Source of the DNA: Candidatus Bathyarchaeota archaeon
GTDB taxonomy: Archaea; Thermoproteota; Bathyarchaeia; Bathyarchaeales; Bathycorpusculaceae
Assembly: GCA_963832745.1 (NCBI GenBank)
Contig: CAWHVC010000002.1
Span: 96,001 to 160,000 of the forward strand
DNA: 64,000 bases
Reading direction: 5' to 3'
The position numbers were made by a program, and so were the translations under genes. Shown here in pieces: positions 10,840 through 20,446 of this stretch (position 1 is the stretch's first letter; each line of letters opens with the position of its first letter). The notes beneath the pieces are model-generated. The model did no database searches. It was given only the letters and a program-made list of their open reading frames with translations, and was not told the DNA's origin.

Positions 10840-12660
10840 ATGGTACAACAAATTCGTGGATCTCAATTCATAGTAACCTACGGGCCCGGATCAATAATTG
10901 AAGGAATAGAGGGCCCAAGGGTAATTCCTAGATCAGATATTGCACTATTTTCAAATTCACTTGTGCCGAAAAATTTTGCATTATCTGATCAAAGAATGTC
11001 AAAAGGTCTATTAGACGGCGCGAATATTTATCGACTGCCTTCTAATGCTGAACTCGGTAAACAAGATTCGATGCCTATTTACCATACAAAAGCTTTTCCA
11101 ACATGGAGACTTTGTCTTAATATTAATAACCATGCAGGACCTTTTTACATTTTACATCAAACTTTCAGCTGCCCTGTCTGTGCAGGCTTAAAGGATAATT
11201 CGCATTTTAGTAACCGTGGATCTGAACCTATACGGTTTGTTAGAGCCTGCTCGGCTGGTCACATGGATGAGGTTGATTGGGCGTATCTTGCACATGGAGG
11301 CGACAAAAGCTGTAGTAACCATAAGGTGTTTAATTGGTATGGCGGGGGAGGTTCTCTTTCCAAGGTTATAATTGAATGTCCCGAATGTAAAAGAAAATCT
11401 ATTACTCTTGGTAGAGCTTACGGGCAGGACTGGTATTGCTCGGGGCGTTATCCAGAGCGCGAACAGCTTGGAGACCGAGTTCAACCACCGTTTGACTGCA
11501 ACCGCAAAGCAAGAATTGTTCAAAGACAGGCATCTAATCTTCGAATACCTGAATTAAAAACGCTCTTTGCTATTTATCCACTTCATACAAAACTGCATGA
11601 ACATTTACAGGCTGATCCAATTTATTGGAATTTGATAAATAAAATTCCATCTGAAGCTGAATTTAGGCAATTGTTAAAAAACCTTGAGATTAAAGGTGCC
11701 GTTAAAAAGCAAGTAATCACTGAAATTCTTAACTGCCCTTGGCAAGAAATTCGGACCGCTATTGATGATATCCTTAGAGATATTCCCAGCTCATATCACG
11801 AACTTATAAAAGAGGAGTTTCAATCTTTAAATGAGGGATCTGTAAAAGGAATCCCGCCAATCAGGGGACCGACACCAAAGTCACCTGTACTCATTGAAAT
11901 TAATCCCAAGTTAGTTAATCCCTGTCATGGTCCGAATAATACCTCTTTTAGAATCACGCCTGTACTTACCCTTACAACAGTAACTGTGCAAACGGGGTAT
12001 CGCCGTGAGGTTTATACTAAGAGCTTGCCCACCCGAGGTTTAGCAGAACTTGTAGATATTTCATTCCCTGACCCCTTCGACGATAGTAAGAAATGGTATC
12101 CTGGTGTTCAATATCTTGGTGAAGGCATTTTTATAACATTAGAAAACGCAAAGACATTCATATCAAATAGCAATGCTGTAAAAGCTTGGATGAATGCCTC
12201 CGATAATAATTCATTATATCCAGATCACGTATTTAGAGACCAACTGTTTAAAGAAGAACTACACCCGGGCTTTGTTTGGTGGCATACTCTTAGCCATCTT
12301 CTCATCAGAGAAATTGCGTCAGAAGCTGGATATTCATCTTCAGCAATCAGAGAAAGAATCTATCTCGAAAACACAGACATGGCCTGCGGCGGAGGTATAC
12401 TACTTTACGCAACACAACCCGGTAGCGAAGGAACACTTGGTGGTTTAACAGCACTTGTTCCTCATTTTCAAGAAATGCTTGACAATGCATTTAACCAGCT
12501 TCAATCTTGCTCTTCTGACCCTTTATGTGTTCAGCATACTTTCAAACTCGGAGATTACAATGGTGCTGCTTGTTATGGCTGTTTGCTTTTATCGGAAACT
12601 TCATGCGCCCACCGTAACATGTGGCTAGACAGGAACATTATTTTGGAGAACTTGCCTTGA
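10840..12660 (+). CDS. drmB: DISARM DrmB-like DUF1998 protein
   Basis: IRGSQFIVTYGPGS, HTLSHLLI...GYSSSAIRERIY, CSSDPLC, GAACYGCLLLSETSC. Confidence 0.9.
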   Translation: MVQQIRGSQFIVTYGPGSIIEGIEGPRVIPRSDIALFSNSLVPKNFALSDQRMSKGLLDGANIYRLPSNAELGKQDSMPIYHTKAFPTWRLCLNINNHAGPFYILHQTFSCPVCAGLKDNSHFSNRGSEPIRFVRACSAGHMDEVDWAYLAHGGDKSCSNHKVFNWYGGGGSLSKVIIECPECKRKSITLGRAYGQDWYCSGRYPEREQLGDRVQPPFDCNRKARIVQRQASNLRIPELKTLFAIYPLHTKLHEHLQADPIYWNLINKIPSEAEFRQLLKNLEIKGAVKKQVITEILNCPWQEIRTAIDDILRDIPSSYHELIKEEFQSLNEGSVKGIPPIRGPTPKSPVLIEINPKLVNPCHGPNNTSFRITPVLTLTTVTVQTGYRREVYTKSLPTRGLAELVDISFPDPFDDSKKWYPGVQYLGEGIFITLENAKTFISNSNAVKAWMNASDNNSLYPDHVFRDQLFKEELHPGFVWWHTLSHLLIREIASEAGYSSSAIRERIYLENTDMACGGGILLYATQPGSEGTLGGLTALVPHFQEMLDNAFNQLQSCSSDPLCVQHTFKLGDYNGAACYGCLLLSETSCAHRNMWLDRNIILENLP

Positions 12661-13133
12661 CAGAAGCTGAAATAATTGGAACTGGTGTTGAATTTCTTCG
12701 AACCGGAATAATGGGCATGGAACCCACCATTATATCCTTGATTACCGAAGCTACTACTGAAATTCAAATAATGGCTTACGTATTTACTGAAAGTGCGCTT
12801 CCGATACTTAATTTACTTGAAAAACAAGCTTCCAAAGGTATACTGATCACAATAATAGTTAACGATCTTAATTCGCAAAGACGAGTGATAGTATCAAAAC
12901 TAAATGAAATAACAAAATATCCAAAAGTCAAGATAGTTGATTTTGTTGATAAAAGAAAAAGGCAATTGCATGCGAAGGTTCTGGTTATCGATAGAATGAA
13001 AGCCTTAGTAGGTTCTGCTAATTTTACTTGGGGCGGTATGCTAACAAATTATGAGGTCGGGATAAAAGTGGAAGGAGAACTGGCTTGGAAGCTGGCTAAA
13101 CTTGTAGATTCATTAGCTTATCAAGATACATGA
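12621..13133 (+). CDS. drmC: DrmC-like phospholipase D-family nuclease (true start probably near 12657)
   Basis: LHAKVLVID...GSANFT HKD motif, directly after drmB. Confidence 0.85.
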   Translation: MARQEHYFGELALTEAEIIGTGVEFLRTGIMGMEPTIISLITEATTEIQIMAYVFTESALPILNLLEKQASKGILITIIVNDLNSQRRVIVSKLNEITKYPKVKIVDFVDKRKRQLHAKVLVIDRMKALVGSANFTWGGMLTNYEVGIKVEGELAWKLAKLVDSLAYQDT

Positions 13134-13203
13134 TTTCTTTAAATAGAATACAGATAACTTTTCCATTCTAAGCAACCTGACCGTTAGTGAGCAAATTGCT
13201 ACC

Positions 13204-13341
13204 TGCAAGGGTTTCAGAAGATTGGCGGGTAGAGAAAGAGACTGCTTGTTGTTATTTTGTATTGTTTTATATCTGATGATTAGCCAATTTACAGCAAACT
13301 TCTTTCTACTATACCTTATTTATTGAAGGCCTTTTACAAAC
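13204..13341. repeat. Dispersed intergenic element, copy 1
   Basis: Contains GAAAGAGACTGCTT, TCTGATGATTAG (13272-13283) and TTTATTGAAGGCCTT (13319-13333). Confidence 0.8.
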
Positions 13342-13388
13342 ATTAATTTTTTAACTTTACAATTGAGAAAACGGTAAATAGAGAATGC

Positions 13389-13970
13389 GTGAAACAGTTA
13401 ACCATGGTTAATATATTTGGGTATGGTGAGGATGCCTTAACCTTATGGCTGCTGAAAAATCAATCGGAAGTAATTCTTCAGCGATTCAATGATAAAACTG
13501 AGCTTTCTGATTGCCTCGCGTTTTATCGGCCGAGCTTTGGCAGAAGCGGTGGTCCCGGAAATGCTGAATTCGGTGAGTTCGATGCTATCTTGGCATCCAA
13601 AGAAAAAATCTACCTGATCGAGAGCAAGTGGGACAATCATCGACAGACTAGCGGGACTGAACTCTTTTTGCGACCTGAACAAATTGAGCGCCATGAGGTA
13701 TTCAGGTGGTATCTGTGTAATTGGAATAAATCTGACCAAACTGCATTCATCGAAGGAAAGAAGATAGCTCCGTCAGACAGTCTGCTATTTAGGAATCTCC
13801 AACATATCCTGAGCCATTTGGCCCAGTGCTGCCCGAACTCTGGAAACCTTGATCACATAAAGAATGTCTTGCTTTACTTCCATGGGTCTAAGTCAAGTCC
13901 GCCCCAAAAAGTCTCAGAAGGGTTCACAATTGTGCCTATAGAATACGAGGGTAATTATGTCGACCTGTGA
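13389..13970 (+). CDS. Putative PD-(D/E)xK nuclease
   Basis: GEFDAILASKEKIYLIESKW catalytic-like motif. Confidence 0.6.
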   Translation: MKQLTMVNIFGYGEDALTLWLLKNQSEVILQRFNDKTELSDCLAFYRPSFGRSGGPGNAEFGEFDAILASKEKIYLIESKWDNHRQTSGTELFLRPEQIERHEVFRWYLCNWNKSDQTAFIEGKKIAPSDSLLFRNLQHILSHLAQCCPNSGNLDHIKNVLLYFHGSKSSPPQKVSEGFTIVPIEYEGNYVDL

Positions 13971-14047
13971 AAAGTTGAAAAATCGGTGTTTCCCAAAAGA
14001 GATAAGACTGACAAGCAGGTTAGCATTTGAGGAGGTTATGGTGACGC

Positions 14048-14632
14048 GTGTGGAAATATGGAACCTTAACTAATGAAGAACAGCTTCGAGTGAGAATGAT
14101 TGTTGATATGAGCCTTGGTTGGTCTGCGATGATGCGTGTATTTGAGAAAGACTCAAAAACAACAATAAGCAAAAAAATAATGGCCGACTTTCTTGAGAGA
14201 ATTTTCAACTGCGAATCAAAGCTCGAGTTCGACAAGCTGCATAATGAGTTTTGTGAATGGGGAACAGCGAACATTAGGCAGACAAGATCCAAAGAAAAGG
14301 CAAGTTATGGGCAGATCGCAAAGACTCTGGATGTTCTCCTGAAAGTAGCAATTTATTATTGTCATCTGCCGGATTGTCAACGAAGCAAAGAACTCTGTGG
14401 CTTGGTCAATGCTGCTGTAGATAATGCGATGATGAAAGACCTTAGAAAGCAATTCAGCATCAAATCTTCAAGTTGGCCTGATTCCTTAAAAGACGTCGGC
14501 AAGGCAGATTACTTAAGAATCCAGAAGTCGGTTAAAGAGTCCATAAGATTGAGCCATAATGATTCAATCAGCTGTCCCGAATGGGATGATATTCACTGGC
14601 AAATGGCAAACAATAAGTCAAAAGGGCAATAG
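14048..14632 (+). CDS. Hypothetical protein
   Basis: 194-aa ORF with a good upstream RBS (GAGGAGG); motif SYGQIAKTLDVLLK...AAVD. Confidence 0.6.
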   Translation: MWKYGTLTNEEQLRVRMIVDMSLGWSAMMRVFEKDSKTTISKKIMADFLERIFNCESKLEFDKLHNEFCEWGTANIRQTRSKEKASYGQIAKTLDVLLKVAIYYCHLPDCQRSKELCGLVNAAVDNAMMKDLRKQFSIKSSSWPDSLKDVGKADYLRIQKSVKESIRLSHNDSISCPEWDDIHWQMANNKSKGQ

Positions 14633-14881
14633 AATAAAGTGCTTAAAAATCGACGATAAGTGGCTCAAGCTAATATTTGCACAAAGAAAGGGATGGGAAA
14701 TCAGACGTACACCAACAAACTTCAGGGCAAAATAGCCCTCGGAAACACCAAGACCAAGAATTATGAAGGCTATGCCACAATCATTGATTGCAAGGAAATC
14801 AGCGTCAATGACCTGAAAAGGTCTGGCGATAAGCACCAAGCCTCGTCGAAACCTTTATGCGGTAAATGGGGCAATAACTGA
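14633..14881 (+). pseudogene. ASCH (PUA-like) domain remnant
   Basis: IKCLKIDDKWLKLIFAQRKGWEIRRTPTNFR, then after a frameshift GKIALGNTKTKNYEGYATIIDC. Confidence 0.6.
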
Positions 14882-14885
14882 GGGC

Positions 14886-16122
14886 ATGCCGAAAAATAAG
14901 ATTGTGAATGTGCAGGCAATCAATCAGATAAATGATAATAAAAAACTGAATGCTAAACAAAAAAAGGTCATCATTGAAAATTTTGGTAAACCTTCAGATA
15001 CACCTGATGAATTTCTCAATTCTTTCTTCCCAGCCAGCCAAGAACAATTTCTTGAAGGATTTGGATTTTTTCCGTTTGCAGTAAAAGAAGACGCCCTATG
15101 CTTCCTGATAGATCTGCAACTTGCTGAAAGGATACATTCATTGCCTGTAGAGACACGCTACCGTAATTTAGCATTATCTTATTTGCAGCAATCGAAGAAA
15201 AGAGAAAATAAGTACGCCCTTGTTGGAAGAACCATAAGTAAATTATGGACCCAATCTTCTAAAAACCCCCGTATGTTAAAAAATTCTCCCAAGTTTGAGA
15301 AAGTATTGCAGAACATTCCCGATATGAAATACCGAGATCATTTTATTCACTCCCTCTATGTTTTTCTTATGGGTCACTACATAATAAACCGGCTAACTGA
15401 AAGCCATGATTTCAATTCTACCGATGTCAATTTAACCTGGATGCTCACGTCTACTTTTCATGACATTGCTTACCCAATCGAAAGGATACATCCCTTGCTT
15501 AATTCTGTTCTTGGATATTTTATGGGAACCAAAACTAAAAACTATATTGACATAAAAGCAATTTTGCCTGAGATTTACTACGATTTTATGAGACACATTT
15601 GTTCTTTTAACCAAAATCCGATTGTAAGAGCGCATTCTATTGACATTCGATCGTACGATTTGCCCTTATACAAGAGACTCAAACTTGAGTTAATCAAAAA
15701 AAATCACGGAGTACTCAGTGCACTAATTCTGGCGAATGATTTGGCAGTTAGACAAAGATTTCTCAATTATGGAGATGGTGAGAATTTCTTCAATATGCAT
15801 TTACCCGCTTGTCATGCTATTTGTTTACATGCAATAAAGGAAGAGAGAATAAATTTTGAGACACATCCATTTGCTTTCCTTTTGGTTTTATGTGATGAAC
15901 TTCAGGATTGGGGTAGACCATCTCAGCAGGAAGCTAGAAATAATATTTGTAAAAGATATTGAAGTAAAAAGCCAAGAAATCCCAGAAATTCATTTTACTA
16001 TTTATGCATCTCCGGGGAAGCGAGAAAATCTAATAAAAGTTTTATCGACGCGCCTTGTTACCTCATCAAAAATAAAGATTTTTATTAATGAAGTTGAAGG
16101 TAGTCAAATACTTTCTCTTTAA
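14886..16122 (+). CDS. HD-domain metal-dependent phosphohydrolase; probable frameshift near 15930
   Basis: RDHFIHS, FHDIAYP, NHGVLSA, AICLH, LCDELQDWGR. Overlapping ORF 15856-16122 supplies the likely C-terminus. Confidence 0.75.
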
Positions 16123-16492
16123 TATAGATTCTCAAGGCTCATATGAACATGTTTTCATACTTTCTTCAGTTGCCCACTCTGGCATTTGAAGCCATGATTT
16201 TTTCAAATAATATCAATTTTTTAATTTTATAGTTGCTACTAATGAGAGAGCTTTCTTTTTTTTCAATTTTTGTGCTCTTGAATCGGAAAGGTAATCCTTA
16301 AAGTAGGTGTTTACTATAAATAAAAAAAAGTTAAGTTATGGCAGCAAACATGCCCTCAAAGCGCCTTTTGTCAGAGCTTTCCCTTTTCAAGCTCAGTTAT
16401 TTCGGCTGGTTTCCGCGCCTGTCACCTGAAGGCTTGCCTGTCGTGCTTGGATAGTTTGGGGCCTTTACTTTTGCCCAAATCTTTCACTCTTG

Positions 16493-16750
16493 TTACAGTT
16501 CAAAAATGAATTGGTTGGTAGAACTATCTTTTTGAACGCTTGTCAATCTTAATTCTCGAACTAAACTAACACTATAAGCGTTCTGTAACTTTTGACCTCT
16601 GAGCACTTCACAAATCAAGGGCATTCTGCTCTTTAGTCTCATTCGATTGTGAACTTCACCTGATACTATGGTCAATTCTTTTGTTCCTGAAGCTTTCGCC
16701 GGCTTGAAATAGTTATTAAAGATGTATTGCCTTACTTCTTCGGCTGACAT
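16493..16750 (-). CDS. Small conserved hypothetical protein, possibly DNA-binding
   Basis: 85 aa with TIVSGEVHNRMRLKSRMPLICEVL; TATA-like sequence upstream. Confidence 0.6.
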   Translation of the reverse strand: MSAEEVRQYIFNNYFKPAKASGTKELTIVSGEVHNRMRLKSRMPLICEVLRGQKLQNAYSVSLVRELRLTSVQKDSSTNQFIFEL

Positions 16751-16830
16751 TGATAACCCTTGAGCCTCTATTCCAATGTTTAAGTATAAGTAATTTGGCT
16801 TAAGGAAATCTGCGCCTTAAGCTATAAGCT

Positions 16831-17823
16831 ATGATGCCTAATGGGATAAGCATTAAAAGCGATATAGCGATATCCAGCTTAGGGGATACCGCATTGGTAA
16901 ATTTGCTTATTCCATACCGCCCAATGATTAAACATAGAGATCCGTTACTTGGAGAGTTTACATACGGTGACAGTAATGCCCGAGCTCAAAAGCTAAAAAA
17001 GGATCTTCAAAAAGGTGATTACGTTTTCTTTCACACTACAATCAGAGGGTTGAGGTATATTACTGCTTATTACGTAATTGACAGAGTTCTTGATACTGCT
17101 GTAGCTGCTTCTAATCAGGACATCGCCAGTAAATACAAAAATCCTCACATCATAGAATACCTAAAAGGAAAACGGCGTGAGGAAGCTGATGTTGTTATTT
17201 TTGGGGATCCGATTCTATCGCAAGAACTAAAAAGACCTTTGCCGTTCACCCAAGAACTTGCAATGAAACTCTCGCTTGGAATTGAGTTTAAGAAAGAGTT
17301 TACAGAGAATCAATGTATTGGCTCTTCAACACGTTCATGGAGAGTTTTAGAGAAAAGTGATGTTAAAGTACTCAAGGAAGAAATCTTGAATATTAAAGAA
17401 ACTATTTCAAAGGATACTATCATATCAACTGATGAAGTAATGGAAATCTTGGAAGCAGACCTTGAAGGGTTTATCGTCAGCAATCCGCAAATATTAGGAA
17501 CCAAATTAAAACTTGAAAAAAAACAAGAGCCCACCCAAGATGGAAGAATTGACCTAGTTTACAAAGATGAAACTGATAATTTTGTCATAGTGGAACTTAA
17601 ACTCGGAAGTATCGGGACAGCCGCTTTAAACCAATTAAGAAGATATATTCATTGGTACAAAAATCAGACGCATAAAGAGGTTAGAGGCATTATCGTTTGC
17701 AAGGATATTATGCCAGCGTTCGAAGAAAATTATGGAAAGCTAACAGATATCAAAGTACTCTGCTATGGGTGGAAACTCGCTGTCTATCCGTATACCTTTA
17801 CACTACGCCGCAGTGAAGGCTGA
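16831..17823 (+). CDS. Nmad3-like domain fused to a NucS/EndoMS-type PD-(D/E)xK nuclease
   Basis: N-part HRDP...FTYGD...LQKGDYVFF; C-part LEADLE...GRIDLVYKD...IVELK...QLRRY. Confidence 0.7.
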   Translation: MMPNGISIKSDIAISSLGDTALVNLLIPYRPMIKHRDPLLGEFTYGDSNARAQKLKKDLQKGDYVFFHTTIRGLRYITAYYVIDRVLDTAVAASNQDIASKYKNPHIIEYLKGKRREEADVVIFGDPILSQELKRPLPFTQELAMKLSLGIEFKKEFTENQCIGSSTRSWRVLEKSDVKVLKEEILNIKETISKDTIISTDEVMEILEADLEGFIVSNPQILGTKLKLEKKQEPTQDGRIDLVYKDETDNFVIVELKLGSIGTAALNQLRRYIHWYKNQTHKEVRGIIVCKDIMPAFEENYGKLTDIKVLCYGWKLAVYPYTFTLRRSEG

Positions 17824-17937
17824 TAGTAAAGAATTGTGTGCGACCAAGCCAGCTTGTTCACTTTTTGCCAATTAGCAAGAAAGAGGAGACTGGCGAATTA
17901 TGCCTCGACACTTTTTCCGATTCCCACAATAAAAAAC

Positions 17938-18085
17938 GTTTGTAAGGCTTTCAATCGATTAACCGGTATAGAAAGAGACTGCTTATGATTATTTTATTTT
18001 GTTTTATATGTTCTGATGATTAGATAATTTACTGAAGACCTGCCTGCCTCCCTCTATACCCCCTCATTTATTGAAGGCCTTCAAC
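17938..18085. repeat. Dispersed intergenic element, copy 2 (best-preserved terminal inverted repeat)
   Basis: AAGGCTTTCAAT (17944-17955) and ATTGAAGGCCTT (18070-18081); internal GAAAGAGACTGCTT and TCTGATGATTAG. Confidence 0.8.
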
Positions 18086-18175
18086 TTGTTCTATGTCAAG
18101 GGATTTTCGAGGCAGTCATTAAGCGTAAACTCTATAAGATACTTAGTATTTTACAAAATCTATGGAGTTAAAAGT

Positions 18176-18478
18176 TTGGGGCGTACTATTGGTATTGATG
18201 ATAAGACTTACAAGGAATTGGTCAGGGTTACCGCTGAGTTAATGCAGAAATCAGGCGAGCAAGTCGCGCTCAGTGATGTCCTGCGACTCTCTGTATTTCT
18301 GCTTAAAGGGTGTCTCTCAAATTACCCAGAGCTTGAAAAGCAAATCCTGAACCAAATCAGCTTTGAGGACCAGCAACCATCAACAAAAGACTTACTTTCA
18401 AAAGATATAACGCCTGAGTGGTTTGGCAAAGACTTTCTGGACTGCATCTTTGGCGTGGGAGATGAAAGAGGTGCTTAA
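18176..18478 (+). CDS. Ribbon-helix-helix / antitoxin-like small regulator
   Basis: TTG start after GGAG; RTIGIDDKTYKEL...SDVLR pattern. Confidence 0.5.
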   Translation: MGRTIGIDDKTYKELVRVTAELMQKSGEQVALSDVLRLSVFLLKGCLSNYPELEKQILNQISFEDQQPSTKDLLSKDITPEWFGKDFLDCIFGVGDERGA

Positions 18479-18761
18479 TTTGGAGGACAAAACCAGAGCG
18501 CTTGAAAATAAATTAGACGACCTTCTATACGAGGCACGCAAACTAGAGGAAGGCGATGCAAAGAGGCTTATTGAGCAAGAGATCCGAGAAATATTCAATG
18601 TGCTGCAAAACTTTTATGCCGGCAATAATTGGCATCCTGTAAACTTCAAACAGGCTATGGAGGATCATTCGGAGCGTAAAATGACTATCAGTTGCATAGA
18701 GCTAACAATGAAACATGATATCGCCGGAAATGTTTTAGATTGGATGTCAAGAGGGAAATAA
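18423..18761 (+). CDS. Hypothetical protein (start probably 18462-18471)
   Basis: ORF tightly coupled to its neighbours. Confidence 0.5.
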   Translation: MAKTFWTASLAWEMKEVLNLEDKTRALENKLDDLLYEARKLEEGDAKRLIEQEIREIFNVLQNFYAGNNWHPVNFKQAMEDHSERKMTISCIELTMKHDIAGNVLDWMSRGK

Positions 18762-18762
18762 T

Positions 18763-19110
18763 GTGCCAAGCGCGTTTCAGACGGCTTATCAAAGCAAGAG
18801 TAAAATGCTGGAGGATGTGCGGCTTTTATTGGGGCTAAGCAGAGAGGAGTTGGTTTCAACTTTGACGTTGTTGGAGAAGGCGGACTATGGAAGTCTGCAG
18901 TTTGCTCGGGGGCGTACAGGAATTCGCTTTCAAAGCTTTCCATCAACGCATTCCGTTTACAGTGATGTTAGCGTGGAAATAGAGTCGGCGGGAGAGGGTG
19001 TTAAGCAGACAGTGGAATATCAGATTCCCCGATCAGTGCTTAAACTATTTAGAAGAGCGAAAAAAGACAAAGTGCAAGATGGCTTGAATAGCAAAGCGGT
19101 AAAAGTCTGA
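18763..19110 (+). CDS. Hypothetical protein
   Basis: ORF starts 1 nt after the previous stop. Confidence 0.45.
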   Translation: MPSAFQTAYQSKSKMLEDVRLLLGLSREELVSTLTLLEKADYGSLQFARGRTGIRFQSFPSTHSVYSDVSVEIESAGEGVKQTVEYQIPRSVLKLFRRAKKDKVQDGLNSKAVKV

Positions 19111-19189
19111 TACTGCTGGAGAGACAAATGTTACGAGTTTAATGGTTGAAAGATTATTTTGCCGCAATGTGGGCAGTTAATGATTCTTA

Positions 19190-19696
19190 CTATTCTATTA
19201 TTATTTTCCTGACAAGGCCTAAGAGTTCAAGTGTACAACCATAGTCCTGTGGTCGAGTAAACATGTTTTCTTGTGCAATTTCTTTTGTTCTCATTTCTTG
19301 ATATCTTGGAAGAAGGTGAAAATGGAAATGTTCGGTTGTGTTTGGCAATTTCTGCCCCCTTTTCCATTCTGAATTAATCTCCTTAGGTTCCCAGTGTTCG
19401 CACATAGTCATAACATATACTTTCTCGGCTTTTAGCGATTTTTTTAATTTTTTTGTTGTTTTAACTAAAATTTCCCCGAGACTTCTTGATTCTTCTTCAG
19501 TTAGCTCTGTAATGTCATTTGCATCTCTTTTTGAAATAATTAATGTATGTCCTGTAACTTTGGGATGCAAATCTAAGATTACAAAGAAATGCTCGTTTTC
19601 GCCAACCCAGCGATTCTCTCCTCCATTCCCTTCCCTGAATTTCTTCAGGTCTTTTGCCATATCACAAAATACACAAGATTCAGAATGCATTTGCAT
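19190..19696 (-). CDS. HIT family hydrolase
   Basis: CVFC, LDLHPKVTGHTLII and the HFHFHLLPR histidine triad. Confidence 0.9.
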   Translation of the reverse strand: MQMHSESCVFCDMAKDLKKFREGNGGENRWVGENEHFFVILDLHPKVTGHTLIISKRDANDITELTEEESRSLGEILVKTTKKLKKSLKAEKVYVMTMCEHWEPKEINSEWKRGQKLPNTTEHFHFHLLPRYQEMRTKEIAQENMFTRPQDYGCTLELLGLVRKIIIE

Positions 19697-19707
19697 CAAC
19701 ACTCTTG

Positions 19708-20133
19708 TTAAAATGAAGCCCCGCAATGAGGACATTTTTCTAATGTTTCGATATAAGTGTGTTTGCAGTAAGGACAACGAACTTTAACAATTACTTCTTT
19801 TTCTTTAATGATTTCTCGGATAGAAACAATGTTAGGCGATTGTTCAGACGTATTTGTTTTCGTTATAGCCAACTTTTGCCAAAATTCAGGTTCATACTCT
19901 TTTTTAAGCAAGTCTTTCCCCTTTCCATCCATATTTGAGTTGACAAGTTCAGCACCTACAAGTTCTCCCATGCTGTAGTGAAGGAACCATTTTGCTTGGC
20001 AGTTTTGGCACAATAAATTACTTTTACGAAATCCAAAAGATTTTTTCATCGAATTTTCTTTACCACAGAAAGGACACTTTTGGAAACTATTCTTTAATCT
20101 GGATTCGAATAACTCATCCTCAAGTCTACCCAT
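19708..20133 (-). CDS. Multi-zinc-ribbon protein
   Basis: CPFC, CQNC, CPYC, CPHC. Confidence 0.7.
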   Translation of the reverse strand: MGRLEDELFESRLKNSFQKCPFCGKENSMKKSFGFRKSNLLCQNCQAKWFLHYSMGELVGAELVNSNMDGKGKDLLKKEYEPEFWQKLAITKTNTSEQSPNIVSIREIIKEKEVIVKVRCPYCKHTYIETLEKCPHCGASF

Positions 20134-20446
20134 TTTCTAAATCGAGCCCACTCGCTTCTATGATAATTCTAGAATTCTAATAAGTTTTGCGAAACCGCTG
20201 ATATTGATAATTAAAACCTTTAGAACCAATTAGCTGTAAATACATTGTTTACCGATCTAAAGAGATGAGTGGTCAACTTTTCCTTGTTTAAAAATGAACG
20301 CTTGCGAGTGATGCCTCGACAGCTTTATGAGCTTGAATCGGAACATCTGCTCTTTTCAAATCCTTGCTCATGGATGACTAAAGAAGTCTTGTCTTGATTG
20401 GTGAATTTAAATTGTTAGCTAAAATGAGGTATACACGGTTGGGGCA

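Noticed and set aside
18012-18036. C/D box sRNA (TGATGA...CTGA) inside the repeat
   Set aside because: The downstream CTGA is present only in copy 2, and there is no complete C/D'/C'/D layout.
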